This document shows, one piece after another, positions 8,688 to 17,994 of a stretch of DNA of 36,949 nt. The notes beneath the pieces were generated by a model that had not been told where the DNA came from, did not search any database, and saw only the letters and a program-made list of their open reading frames with translations. Source of the DNA: an uncultured virus (IMG/VR IMGVR_UViG_3300032257_000003) (taxonomy: Duplodnaviria; Heunggongvirae; Uroviricota; Caudoviricetes); IMG/VR virus record IMGVR_UViG_3300032257_000003; one strand, 5' to 3'. Position numbers and translations under genes: made by a program. Positions within the stretch are counted from its first letter, which is position 1, and each line of letters starts with the position of its first letter.

Positions 8688-9110
8688 ATGGATTTTCCAA
8701 TTTTCAACCCGACAAAATTAGTATCTGGATTATTTAAAGTTGGGGACAAAGAGTACGAACCAAGATGGTTTAAAGCTAATAATGATGGAACAGTGCATGT
8801 TGCTGAAAGGGTCAAAGGTACAGCATATGGTGGAAAAGATGTTTTTGGCACTACAGCACTGGCTGCTAATGCTATTCCATTTCAAGCTGATACAACCGGA
8901 GTTAGTGTTACAAATTTAGACGGAGTTAATCATCTGGATATTGCACAGGGCGTTGATGAAGATCAATGCGTAACAAATTTTCTTGCGGGAGTTGTCACAA
9001 CAGTTCTACCAGGCAAAGCAGTAATAGATGGTAAGGCTGAACTTGCCAATTTTTATCTGATTGTTGCAGATACTCTCGCTGTTTCTGCCAATCATAGGCA
9101 GATAGTGTAA
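8688..9110 (+). CDS. Hypothetical protein
   Basis: 140-aa ORF with GGTGA SD; TAATG-coupled to the next gene. Confidence 0.7.
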   Translation: MDFPIFNPTKLVSGLFKVGDKEYEPRWFKANNDGTVHVAERVKGTAYGGKDVFGTTALAANAIPFQADTTGVSVTNLDGVNHLDIAQGVDEDQCVTNFLAGVVTTVLPGKAVIDGKAELANFYLIVADTLAVSANHRQIV

Positions 9111-11227
9111 TGGTTGACGTTTATATAGATTTAAACTGTGCTGACAACACGGGAACAACTGAAAGCCCTTATTTTACGGCTTTACTGGGTGTTTCTACTA
9201 ATGGCTATCAAACTGTGTCAGGCGGAAGCGGGGCGGGAACATTAGCCAGTGGGGATACTTTGCATATTGCGCCCGGCACTTACTCGGCTTCAGGTCAGTT
9301 AGGTGGCGTAAATTATAGACGGTATATTAAAGTTTATGGCGTTGTTAAGTATGATGGAACTAGCGCGGGTGACGTTCACGGTATTGCTGCGCAGTTTGCA
9401 GGCTGGGTGATATTTCAAAAAGGTACAACTGATGCGATGTTTTATATTCAAAACTTTACATCAAACAATAAGCAAATGATGTGGGGTACACCTGGAAGAT
9501 TTCAAGCAAAAGAATTGCCTATAGTTGTAACTGATTGTCCGCTTGCTGATGCTATTCGAGTTTTTGATTCTGGAATATATGACGACCCAGAGCATGAATT
9601 CAATGTTTTAATTCTAAATAATATTAGACACGGCGTTTATGCTGACGGTAGCGCGTTATGTACATTAACAATTAATAATCTTTTCACAAATAAAGTAAAT
9701 AGAGATTTATATCTTGTTGCGGGCCCTCATATTATAAATGTAAATCATTCTTTGCAGGGCAGATCATACGGTTATCATGCTTATGGTGAAGCGGCATGGG
9801 CTGGTACTGCGACATTCAATAATTGTTTATCTATTGGCGGTGCTGCACCTCAGCATAATATTAACCCATTTAATAAGCTAACAGGTACAGGGACAGTAAA
9901 TCTAAATAATTGTTTTGTTGCTCCTTCTCCTAGATTTGCTAATACTACTTTTCAAACAGTTAATTCAAATGTAACTCTCGATCAGCCTATTTTAAGAAAT
10001 GCGTTTATGGAAGGCTCTGTAAGTTTCAATATCGATGATTCAAAAAATGAAACGGCTTTTTATGCGTTAACAAGTGAATGTAATGCAAGAGGCTTAAAGT
10101 GTGGATGGGCTATTGACTGGCATAATAGAGATATGGATGCGGCTAAGTGGGTAGCCGCAAAAGCAGCAAAAGAACAGGGGCATGACTTATACATACATAC
10201 CACGCACTCAGCCAATATGGGTAATCAGTTTGCTTTTCGTGTTATATACACAGGTCTAGGATTAGCAGCAAGCCTTGATATAGATGGTGACTCATTAACA
10301 ACAACGGTTGATGCAGCTCAAGACTTGAATGTGACTCTATCAGACTATGACAGTGTTATTGATTTGGTTGCTTTTTTTAATACACAAGCCGATTATAGTG
10401 CAGAAACGTTCGATCAAGACACAGTTCGTTCTGGTGTCAATTTGGGCGCTACTGCGGTTAAATATGCGGGCGAGCCAAGTACAGACATGTTTGGTACTCA
10501 AAATAAACCAGATATTAAGACCTCAGCAGTAGATATTGCTTATAACTCTAATTTATTCTTTACTAAACAAATTACTGAAAATAAGAATACTATATTCGCA
10601 AATACAGGGTATATGCCAACTAGCATGGTTTACCCGGGTGGAGAACAGACTAATGCACTTCAAGAAACAATTGAGGGTTATGGTGTTGCTATAGCAAGGG
10701 CTACATTGCCAGTATCGGGGCAGGAAAAATATTACCCAGATGATATTGACCCGCTTAATATGAGTTCATGGCCTATAGGGTATATCGCGCCTGGAACAGA
10801 CAGCGAAGCGGTGCGTAGGCAAAAGCTAATTGGTTTCTTTGAATGGGTGAAAGTCTCAGGTGCTAAGGTAAATTTGTGGGAGCATGGTTTAGTTGCTTAC
10901 TCGCAGGCTGAATGGGCCGTGGTGTTAGATGCAGCGGTTGAATGCGGTATACCTGTTAAAACTCTCACAGAGCAAGCTGTCGATATGCGTAAAGGCACTC
11001 GAACAGTATCAAGCGGACGAATCACTTATTCACAAGAAATGATTGAGCCGTGGATAGCTTATTGTTATGCGTTTGAGTTTATAAATGGCTTTAAAGGCGA
11101 ATTTTCAGGATTGAATTTGCCAGGACCAAATAAGCGCGGTATAGACGGTGAGTTGTTTTCAAATATTGATGTAACAATAGGACCTAAGCAATCTAAGAAT
11201 GGCGCATTTTTCCCCACTAATGTCTAA
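9110..11227 (+). CDS. Beta-helix (pectin-lyase-like) protein with polysaccharide deacetylase (CE4/NodB-like) domain
   Basis: VYIDL..G...PY and GDTLHIAPGTY beta-helix start; CE4-like motifs FNIDDS, GHDLYIHTTH, MVYPGG, LWEHG; no signal peptide. Confidence 0.7.
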   Translation: MVDVYIDLNCADNTGTTESPYFTALLGVSTNGYQTVSGGSGAGTLASGDTLHIAPGTYSASGQLGGVNYRRYIKVYGVVKYDGTSAGDVHGIAAQFAGWVIFQKGTTDAMFYIQNFTSNNKQMMWGTPGRFQAKELPIVVTDCPLADAIRVFDSGIYDDPEHEFNVLILNNIRHGVYADGSALCTLTINNLFTNKVNRDLYLVAGPHIINVNHSLQGRSYGYHAYGEAAWAGTATFNNCLSIGGAAPQHNINPFNKLTGTGTVNLNNCFVAPSPRFANTTFQTVNSNVTLDQPILRNAFMEGSVSFNIDDSKNETAFYALTSECNARGLKCGWAIDWHNRDMDAAKWVAAKAAKEQGHDLYIHTTHSANMGNQFAFRVIYTGLGLAASLDIDGDSLTTTVDAAQDLNVTLSDYDSVIDLVAFFNTQADYSAETFDQDTVRSGVNLGATAVKYAGEPSTDMFGTQNKPDIKTSAVDIAYNSNLFFTKQITENKNTIFANTGYMPTSMVYPGGEQTNALQETIEGYGVAIARATLPVSGQEKYYPDDIDPLNMSSWPIGYIAPGTDSEAVRRQKLIGFFEWVKVSGAKVNLWEHGLVAYSQAEWAVVLDAAVECGIPVKTLTEQAVDMRKGTRTVSSGRITYSQEMIEPWIAYCYAFEFINGFKGEFSGLNLPGPNKRGIDGELFSNIDVTIGPKQSKNGAFFPTNV

Positions 11228-11303
11228 CTTATAAATATATTACCGATATAATAAGAGTAGTTAAATTGTTAATTATTTTACAAATTATGGGTGTTTATTA
11301 TAA

Positions 11304-11329
11304 AGACAACAAAGCCACTTAAGTTGTCT
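11304..11329 (+). promoter_or_regulatory. Late promoter / activator-binding motif, copy 3
   Basis: AGACAACAAAGCCACTTAAGTTGTCT followed by a T-tract, upstream of the capsid gene. Confidence 0.65.
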
Positions 11330-11380
11330 CAATTTTTTTTATAAATTATAACCTACCAAAAAGGTAAATGGTTTTAAGCC

Positions 11381-11419
11381 AAAAAGCCGGGTAAGACGAA
11401 AGTCTGCCCGGCTTTTTTT
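11381..11419. terminator. Intrinsic terminator-like hairpin, possibly bidirectional
   Basis: A5-GCCGGG-TA-AGAC-GAAA-GTCT-G-CCCGGC-T7. Confidence 0.8.
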
Positions 11420-11443
11420 ATTGCTTATTAAGAGTAATTTTTT

Positions 11444-14008
11444 ATGCGTAAAGCACAAATTTACAAACTTGAGTCAGCAGCCCCGGATGGGGTGCGTCGG
11501 TTTTGTGGTGATGTTGTTTCCCTTGCTGAGGGTAAAAAGGTTGTCACGGTAACGGTTACCCGGACGGGTAAGTTTTACGACCCACGTTATGGCGAGTTTG
11601 AAATTACACCCACCATGTTAGATAGCATGGTTAGTAACTTTAAGAATGATGCTTATGGGCAAAAAATTGTTTTAGATGTTTCACACAATGCAAGTAATGG
11701 TGCTGCTGGATTTTTCCAAAAGTTATTTGTCGATAGGGGCAGGCTTCGTGGGCAGGTTGAACTCACTAAATATGGTATTGAAGCAATAAAAGAAAAAGGT
11801 TTTATCTATGTGTCTGCTGAGTTTCATGACAATTTTGTTGATAACGAAGCCAGAAAAGAGCATGGGCCAACTTTATTAGGCGCAGGCTTAACGCCTCGCC
11901 CCGTTATAAAGCATTTAGACCCTATTCAATTATCTGAAGAGACTTTAGGCACCGTGCCTACCTATTTATCGAACCGTATTGAAAAAATTATTAACGAGGA
12001 CATGAACATGAATTTAAAAGAATTAATGGCAATGCTGCGCAAAAAACTAGGCGCATTCAACCTTGCAGAACATATTATGACGCAGTTAATCAACACGTTT
12101 GAAGGTGTTGCAAAAAATGCTGCGAATGAAGATATTCAAATGACGTTAATGGAAGCGTTTGTAGACCAGGGAAAAATTCTGGCTGAAGAGCTAGAGAAAG
12201 GCAATAAAGACATTAAACTTGATTTTTCTGGCCTGGACATGGGCACAAGCTTAAGTGCTGATGATGTGGCTAAAATGTTAGCTGAACATGATGAAAACCG
12301 CACAAAAGCACTGGCTAAAACTCAGGAAAGTTTAAACGCTAATGTTGAAGCATTCACCACACAGCTTAGCGAAGCCAAAGAACTTGAAGGCGCACCAGAA
12401 GATTTACTTAAAACACTGGGTGAAGCGGCTAATTTAATTACTGCAACAATGACACATGACCAGGTTAAATCACTGGCAATGCAGCAGATTGCATTAGGTC
12501 AACAATTTGTCGTGCAGTCAAAGCTACAAGGCATGGGTTACAACAACGCACCTGCAGGCAGTGTGCATTTAAGCGTTGATGATTCAAACAACATTAACAA
12601 ATTACAGCAAGGCATTATTGATGGCTTAAAAGGCACATCAAATCATGCAAATGGTTTAATTCACCTTTCTGAAAAACTACACCCATTCTGTGAAAAAGTG
12701 CTGGGTGAGTTTGACCGCATGCATGCGCCACAACTTCATCACGAAGCCAAGTTACTGGCAGGTGGTGAGAGCTCAACCAGTGATACAAGCTTACCTGTAG
12801 GTTTTCAACGCACGGTAATTCGTGAAGCACTATCAGACACCAATGTTTTACAGTTAGTGCAAACGCTTACTGATTTTGGTGCAACAGGCACAACCAATAT
12901 ACCTTATGAAACACGTGATACCAGCAACGTAACAAATGATGGTGTGGTTTATGAGGGCAACGCCATTCACCGTGCCAGCGTTTCACAAGAAATGGATCTG
13001 GCCTACATCTTGCCAATGAAAATTGCATTCTTAATTTCAAATGAAGTAATGCATTTTACACGAGCAAGCGCCATTAACTGGGATGCCTACGCCCGAAACG
13101 TAGAGAGCAACGCCCGCGTTATGCGCGAGTTAGTAGCCCGCCGCATTTGTAACGAGTTGCAACGTGCAGCCGACGCTTACAATGCAGTTGATATTTTAAA
13201 TGAAGATTTAGATGCTCAGCTCACAGGCTCTGTTAGCACAGTTAAAACAGCGCAATTTCCCATTGTTCGCCAACATCAACAACGCGATTTAAAAGGCAAC
13301 GCGGTGGGCGCGGCTGAAAATGCAATCACTATTCAATTAAATGGTGTTGCCATTAATGAATATAACGGCACTAACACACAAAGTGCCGGCACATATTACC
13401 GGGTAACTAATTACAACCTGGGCTATGTTCAGTTTGTTTCAGAATTGGGTGCGGCGGTAACGCCTGCAGCCACGGCCGGTGCTGACGATATCAGTTACAG
13501 CTATGCAACCAATGTCGAAAAGTTTGACCTTGATAATGGTTCAACTGAAATTGGCAAACACTTAAACGGTTTGCTTCGTGCAGTGGGTAACCGTAAAGCG
13601 TTAATGTCATCAGACCGTTTTGTGCTGCCTAACTTTGGCTTAATGAGCCCAACACTTAATAACACCATTACCAATGCTGATAACTTTGAGGCTCAATCTA
13701 AGCGTGATGGCTCAAACACCAATAATGATGGTGACCTTGAAATGGTTAAGGGCGTTTCTTCATTCGGCACCAATGCTCCTGGCATTGATATGGGTGATGA
13801 ACGAATGATTCTAGGCCAACGTGGTGTGTTGACTTACACCATTGCAAAACCATTTGTAACCAAGCAACCATTTGAAGCGGTTGACTCAAACGGCAATGCA
13901 ATTGGCAAGATGCAGGCTTACGGTGAAGAGTACAGTGCAATTAAAGTGCCCACACCTATTCGTAACCGCCTAACGTCTGTGCTTGCTTACAGTGTAACTG
14001 GCCGTTAA
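11444..14008 (+). CDS. Fused Mu I-like prohead protease / scaffold / major capsid protein
   Basis: N-terminal LDVSH..AAG, YVSAEF, LLGAGLTPRP protease motifs; helical charged middle region; C-terminal capsid-like region; no other capsid candidate. Confidence 0.85.
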   Translation: MRKAQIYKLESAAPDGVRRFCGDVVSLAEGKKVVTVTVTRTGKFYDPRYGEFEITPTMLDSMVSNFKNDAYGQKIVLDVSHNASNGAAGFFQKLFVDRGRLRGQVELTKYGIEAIKEKGFIYVSAEFHDNFVDNEARKEHGPTLLGAGLTPRPVIKHLDPIQLSEETLGTVPTYLSNRIEKIINEDMNMNLKELMAMLRKKLGAFNLAEHIMTQLINTFEGVAKNAANEDIQMTLMEAFVDQGKILAEELEKGNKDIKLDFSGLDMGTSLSADDVAKMLAEHDENRTKALAKTQESLNANVEAFTTQLSEAKELEGAPEDLLKTLGEAANLITATMTHDQVKSLAMQQIALGQQFVVQSKLQGMGYNNAPAGSVHLSVDDSNNINKLQQGIIDGLKGTSNHANGLIHLSEKLHPFCEKVLGEFDRMHAPQLHHEAKLLAGGESSTSDTSLPVGFQRTVIREALSDTNVLQLVQTLTDFGATGTTNIPYETRDTSNVTNDGVVYEGNAIHRASVSQEMDLAYILPMKIAFLISNEVMHFTRASAINWDAYARNVESNARVMRELVARRICNELQRAADAYNAVDILNEDLDAQLTGSVSTVKTAQFPIVRQHQQRDLKGNAVGAAENAITIQLNGVAINEYNGTNTQSAGTYYRVTNYNLGYVQFVSELGAAVTPAATAGADDISYSYATNVEKFDLDNGSTEIGKHLNGLLRAVGNRKALMSSDRFVLPNFGLMSPTLNNTITNADNFEAQSKRDGSNTNNDGDLEMVKGVSSFGTNAPGIDMGDERMILGQRGVLTYTIAKPFVTKQPFEAVDSNGNAIGKMQAYGEEYSAIKVPTPIRNRLTSVLAYSVTGR

Positions 14009-14031
14009 TCACACCCATCACAAATAAACCG

Positions 14032-14059
14032 AATTACCCGCTTGTTTAAGCGGGTAATT
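14032..14059. terminator. Post-capsid stem-loop (terminator or mRNA stabiliser)
   Basis: Perfect 12-bp inverted repeat AATTACCCGCTT-GTTT-AAGCGGGTAATT. Confidence 0.65.
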
Positions 14060-14073
14060 TAGAGGTAAAAACC

Positions 14074-14667
14074 GTGAAAAAAATCCCTTACACAAATAAC
14101 AGCAAAAGCATTCAACATATTGGTAATAAAACAATATGGCCCGGTCAAACACGTGAAGTTGATAAATCATTACTTGATTTACCAGGTAAAGATAAAGCCA
14201 AAAACACTGACTTAAAACCCGTAAGCAATAGTATTAAAGACATATTAAAGCTTTCAGTTTCTGATTTTTCTGCAGCCCTGCCCAGTTTAAGCACTGAAGA
14301 TTTAGATGCAGTTGAGGCAGGCGAAAAAGCAAAATCTACACCACGTGTAGGCGCGGTTAATGCCGTTGCTGCAGAAAAACTCACACGTGCAAGCCAGTCA
14401 GTTGAAGGTGATAAATCAGCTGATGAGTTTTCTGACCTGGTTAAGCTTATGGATGATGCAGAGCTTGCAGAACAAGACTACCCAGCTGAAAGCGTTTATT
14501 CAGCCATTGTTGATGAAGAAAGACAGTCACGTGAAATTATAGTATTTAAAGAAGAATATGCAGCGTTTGACGCTGAAGAACTTGAATCTTTAAAGGCTGA
14601 TTTTTCAACACTGCCAAATTATCTAACAGCAATTGATGAATTAATTGCAGCTAAGGCAGAAGCGTAA
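14074..14667 (+). CDS. Acidic head-associated hypothetical protein
   Basis: GAGGT SD and GTG start; follows the capsid gene. Confidence 0.7.
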   Translation: MKKIPYTNNSKSIQHIGNKTIWPGQTREVDKSLLDLPGKDKAKNTDLKPVSNSIKDILKLSVSDFSAALPSLSTEDLDAVEAGEKAKSTPRVGAVNAVAAEKLTRASQSVEGDKSADEFSDLVKLMDDAELAEQDYPAESVYSAIVDEERQSREIIVFKEEYAAFDAEELESLKADFSTLPNYLTAIDELIAAKAEA

Positions 14668-14885
14668 TGAATGAAATACTCATAACTTCATCATCGTTAA
14701 CCATGGCGTTTGCCGTGTTAGCGATTGTACTGGTGCTAATGGTGCTGCGTATATTTGACGTAGTAACAGGCACCCCGTTTAGTTCAACTAAAAAGGTAAT
14801 TCAAGATGATGCTAAAGCAGCTGCTGTTTACTATGGTTTGCGTTTTCTGGGTGTCTGTTTGCTGGTCGGGCAACTCTTTTCCTGA
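14667..14885 (+). CDS. Probable holin
   Basis: 72 aa, two TM helices, immediately before the endolysin. Confidence 0.6.
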   Translation: MNEILITSSSLTMAFAVLAIVLVLMVLRIFDVVTGTPFSSTKKVIQDDAKAAAVYYGLRFLGVCLLVGQLFS

Positions 14886-15372
14886 CCACTACGATACGCA
14901 AATAAAAAAAGCCACTGAGCAATATTTACCAGGCGTTGATTGGCGTTTGTTAAAAGCCCAGTATTTTCAGGAAAGCCGCTTAAAAACAGATGCGGTTTCA
15001 CCTGTAGGGGCTACAGGTATAGCGCAATTTATGCCAGGCACCTGGGCTGACGTTTCAAAACATCTGGGTTATGAAAAGTTAAACCCTCGAATGGCCCAGC
15101 CCGCTATTCTGGCCGGTGCTTACTACATGTCAAAAATGCGGCAAACATGGCGAGCACCAAGGGCAGAAGCAGACAAACATAGCTTAGCTCTGGCCAGTTA
15201 TAACGCTGGAGCGGGCCATTTAATTAAGGCCCAAAAACTATGTGGTGGTGCCAATGCATATGCAGACATTGCCCGTTGTCTGCCTCGGGTTACTGGCAGG
15301 CATAGCCGAGAAACTATTACCTATGTGAAGCGTATATGGACGTATTGGACACAAATGGTAGTAGCAGGCTAA
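14806..15372 (+). CDS. Endolysin, SLT lytic transglycosylase
   Basis: QES catalytic Glu, AVSPVGATGIAQFMPGT, ALASYNAG, ETITYV; hydrophobic N-terminus; exact start uncertain. Confidence 0.92.
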   Translation: MMLKQLLFTMVCVFWVSVCWSGNSFPDHYDTQIKKATEQYLPGVDWRLLKAQYFQESRLKTDAVSPVGATGIAQFMPGTWADVSKHLGYEKLNPRMAQPAILAGAYYMSKMRQTWRAPRAEADKHSLALASYNAGAGHLIKAQKLCGGANAYADIARCLPRVTGRHSRETITYVKRIWTYWTQMVVAG

Positions 15373-15872
15373 TGCCTAAAGCCGGTATATGGATTGCCGC
15401 ATTAATTGCGCTGATAGGCTCAGCGTATTATATCGGCCGCACGGATTGCACTAATTCTTTTAATAAAAAAGCACTCGATGGTATGAGTGGAATATTTGAA
15501 CAGCAGGCGCAAATTGAACAAGAAAATTTAATAATTCTTGATGAATTAATAACTAAAGATGCACATCAAACAATGGTGCATGAGGCAATAAAAAGTGAGC
15601 GCGAAAAAACTAAAAATAATCCTGCTATTCATATTACCCGTGGTGATGTGCGCTTGCTCAACGCCAGCCGTAGTAACAAGAGGCCTGACACTATCAGTCC
15701 CGCCCTCACTGTTAGTGAAAGGGGAGCCGCTTCCACTGTTACCGAACAAACCCTTATCACAGCAGACATTGAGTGTGCAGAAAAATACAACACCTGTAAC
15801 AAAAACAGAAACGCATTAATTGACATTGTTAACAATTATAAGAAGAAAACAAATGACATTATCTGCAAGTGA
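15372..15872 (+). CDS. i-spanin (Rz-like)
   Basis: N-terminal TM helix then coiled coil; TAATG coupling at 15372. Confidence 0.75.
   Translation: MPKAGIWIAALIALIGSAYYIGRTDCTNSFNKKALDGMSGIFEQQAQIEQENLIILDELITKDAHQTMVHEAIKSEREKTKNNPAIHITRGDVRLLNASRSNKRPDTISPALTVSERGAASTVTEQTLITADIECAEKYNTCNKNRNALIDIVNNYKKKTNDIICK
15595..15819 (+). CDS. o-spanin (Rz1-like lipoprotein) embedded in the i-spanin gene
   Basis: Signal peptide ending VMCAC, Pro-rich mature part, +1 frame inside Rz. Confidence 0.7.
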   Translation: MSAKKLKIILLFILPVVMCACSTPAVVTRGLTLSVPPSLLVKGEPLPLLPNKPLSQQTLSVQKNTTPVTKTETH

Positions 15873-16092
15873 TGAAAACTTTATAAAACTAAACCGGCCA
15901 ACCATAGCCAGGCATAGTTTTAATGCAGGCACTATTTACATATTAGTTGCAGAAACCGCACGTTTAATTTCAGCAGCTGGCGGCATTGAATTAGTGGGGG
16001 CCTCAGTTGCAATAGCTTCTGTTTTATACGGGCCCTCAGTTTGGTATATGGGCATGCGTACAGTTGATGGATTTAGTGAGAAAGGTAAGTAA
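15853..16092 (+). CDS. Small membrane protein (holin/antiholin-like)
   Basis: Hydrophobic segments; lies in the lysis cassette; ATG 15853 preferred. Confidence 0.5.
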   Translation: MTLSASDENFIKLNRPTIARHSFNAGTIYILVAETARLISAAGGIELVGASVAIASVLYGPSVWYMGMRTVDGFSEKGK

Positions 16093-16394
16093 TGAGCGCT
16101 GAAATTGCATTAATTGACCAGAAAGTGGATCTATTAACCGAAAACGTAACGGGTATTAATGCCGAACTTAAAAAGGTTAATGAATCACTAACTCATTTAA
16201 TAAGAATAGATGGTGATATTCGCAGGATAGAAGAAAAAACAGACAGAATAGGGCTTGAAAATGACGATCATGAGAATCGTATTAGAGCAATGGAGACAAA
16301 GAGCGGGAAACTTTTTGAGCGCATTGTTGGCCATGTTATATCTGTCTCTGCTGGTGCTGTTGTGGTTTATGTCATCATGAATGGAGCTCATTAA
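16092..16394 (+). CDS. Coiled-coil protein with C-terminal TM (XhlA-like / lysis accessory)
   Basis: DHENRIRAME coiled coil followed by a hydrophobic tail. Confidence 0.55.
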   Translation: MSAEIALIDQKVDLLTENVTGINAELKKVNESLTHLIRIDGDIRRIEEKTDRIGLENDDHENRIRAMETKSGKLFERIVGHVISVSAGAVVVYVIMNGAH

Positions 16395-17022
16395 AATGGG
16401 CTTAATGGATCAAACATCATTAGTTGCAGACCTTAAAAAAATGCTCAAATCATCTGCTGAAAAATTTGAATTAGATGATTCAGAATTTATAAGGCATTTA
16501 GATTTTGCGTTAGGTGATGTTTCACGTGTGCGCCCATATCGATTAATTGGGGCCATAACACTCATACCTGAGCAAGGTGAATACCCTGCCCCTGTAGATT
16601 TAATTAAATTAGATTTTCCATTATGGGGCAATGCAGAGCGGCGCATTCGCAAACCCTGGAATACCAATTACCCAGGGCTGGCACCCACAGTAACAGTGTT
16701 TGGCTCAGGCGCTACAAAAATGATTTCTATATCACCGCCACCCACGGCCGCACAAATTATCAGTTTAGGTGATCAATATAAATTTTATTACAGTGCATTA
16801 CACACTATTGGTGCAACGGCTGAAGAAACTACGGTTGATGCAGCAGATAGAGATTTATTATTAATTAGAGCTCTGGCCCAGGCTATGAATGAGCTTGCCG
16901 CACGTGGCGTTACTCAACCCATAAAGTTAGGTGGCTCGGGTGTTGGTGCCATGCCAAAAAATGGCACACCTGCAGCCCTTGCTGAAGGCTTAATTAAACT
17001 GTTTGAGGGCATGGCGTCATGA
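16381..17022 (+). CDS. Probable head-tail adaptor
   Basis: Size and position before the HK97 gp10-like gene. Confidence 0.55.
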   Translation: MELIKMGLMDQTSLVADLKKMLKSSAEKFELDDSEFIRHLDFALGDVSRVRPYRLIGAITLIPEQGEYPAPVDLIKLDFPLWGNAERRIRKPWNTNYPGLAPTVTVFGSGATKMISISPPPTAAQIISLGDQYKFYYSALHTIGATAEETTVDAADRDLLLIRALAQAMNELAARGVTQPIKLGGSGVGAMPKNGTPAALAEGLIKLFEGMAS

Positions 17023-17534
17023 GTAGCATGGAGCTCACTATTGATGCTAATAAATTGCAAAAAGCAATATTAAAAGCACCAGATAAACTAGAGGCCAATT
17101 TAAGTAAAGCTATTGAACGTGTTACTCAGGAAATGGCACGTAGTGCAAAACGTCATGCACCTAAAGCGTTTAGCATTTTGGTTAATTCTATACGAGCAAA
17201 AAAAGTTGCTGTATTAGAAGGGCAAGTTGCACCCGGTGTTAATTATGCTGAAGCGGTAGAACGTGGCACAGGTATTTATGGCCCTGCCGGTACACCTTCA
17301 GGAAAAATGCCACCCTTAAGCAGCATTGAAGACTGGGTAAAAGTAACGGGTATAAGGCCCCGTGAAACCGGGCAAACACAACGTGATGTCGCCTGGTTAA
17401 TAGCCAGAAAAATTGCATTAACCGGCACCAAACCACAGCCCTATATGCAGCCGGCATTTGATGAAAATAGAAAACGAGCTGAACAGCGCATTAACGACGC
17501 CATTGATAAAGCAATTAATGAGGCAGGTGGTTAA
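17019..17534 (+). CDS. HK97 gp10-like tail completion protein
   Basis: AKRHAP, YAEAVERGTG, GTKPQPYMQPAF motifs. Confidence 0.8.
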   Translation: MSSMELTIDANKLQKAILKAPDKLEANLSKAIERVTQEMARSAKRHAPKAFSILVNSIRAKKVAVLEGQVAPGVNYAEAVERGTGIYGPAGTPSGKMPPLSSIEDWVKVTGIRPRETGQTQRDVAWLIARKIALTGTKPQPYMQPAFDENRKRAEQRINDAIDKAINEAGG

Positions 17535-17978
17535 ATGGGCCCAACCGCATTAGACAGACTTGATGACAGACTTGATGCCATAGAGGCGGCATTAGTTGTT
17601 GCCATGCCTGCACGCATTATAAAACGTGAAATGCTGCATTATGACGCGCACACAGTGGCCGAACTTACAGCCGGCGTATTAATGCTTACTTCACAAGGTG
17701 AGGGCAGCTATAGCGAAAGCCTGGGCATGGTGGCAAAAGAAGGCACACAAAAATTATTAGTTATTGGGCATATTAAATTGCCTGAATCGGCAACGGGTAG
17801 AGATGTAGAAACCGCTGAAATAAATTTTATAGAAGAGCTTAAATCAATGCTTCGTACAGGCGTGCCGGGTTTGAGTTTTAAATTAGTAAATGTTGAACAA
17901 TCGGCACAGTTAGAAAAACCTTACGGCTGGTTTGTTGCCTCAGTTAACGCAGGGCCACCACAAGAAAACACGTATTAA
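17535..17978 (+). CDS. Probable tail terminator
   Basis: 147 aa directly before the tail tube gene. Confidence 0.55.
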   Translation: MGPTALDRLDDRLDAIEAALVVAMPARIIKREMLHYDAHTVAELTAGVLMLTSQGEGSYSESLGMVAKEGTQKLLVIGHIKLPESATGRDVETAEINFIEELKSMLRTGVPGLSFKLVNVEQSAQLEKPYGWFVASVNAGPPQENTY

Positions 17979-17994
17979 TTAAGAGGAAAATACA

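Noticed and set aside
2230..11329. CRISPR-like repeats
   Set aside because: The three 26-bp dyads are kilobases apart and each precedes a gene; no spacers or cas genes
15740..15872. Frameshift joining the o-spanin N-terminus to the Cys-containing i-spanin C-terminus
   Set aside because: No X_XXY_YYZ site in the o-spanin frame; an ordinary embedded Rz/Rz1 pair explains the region
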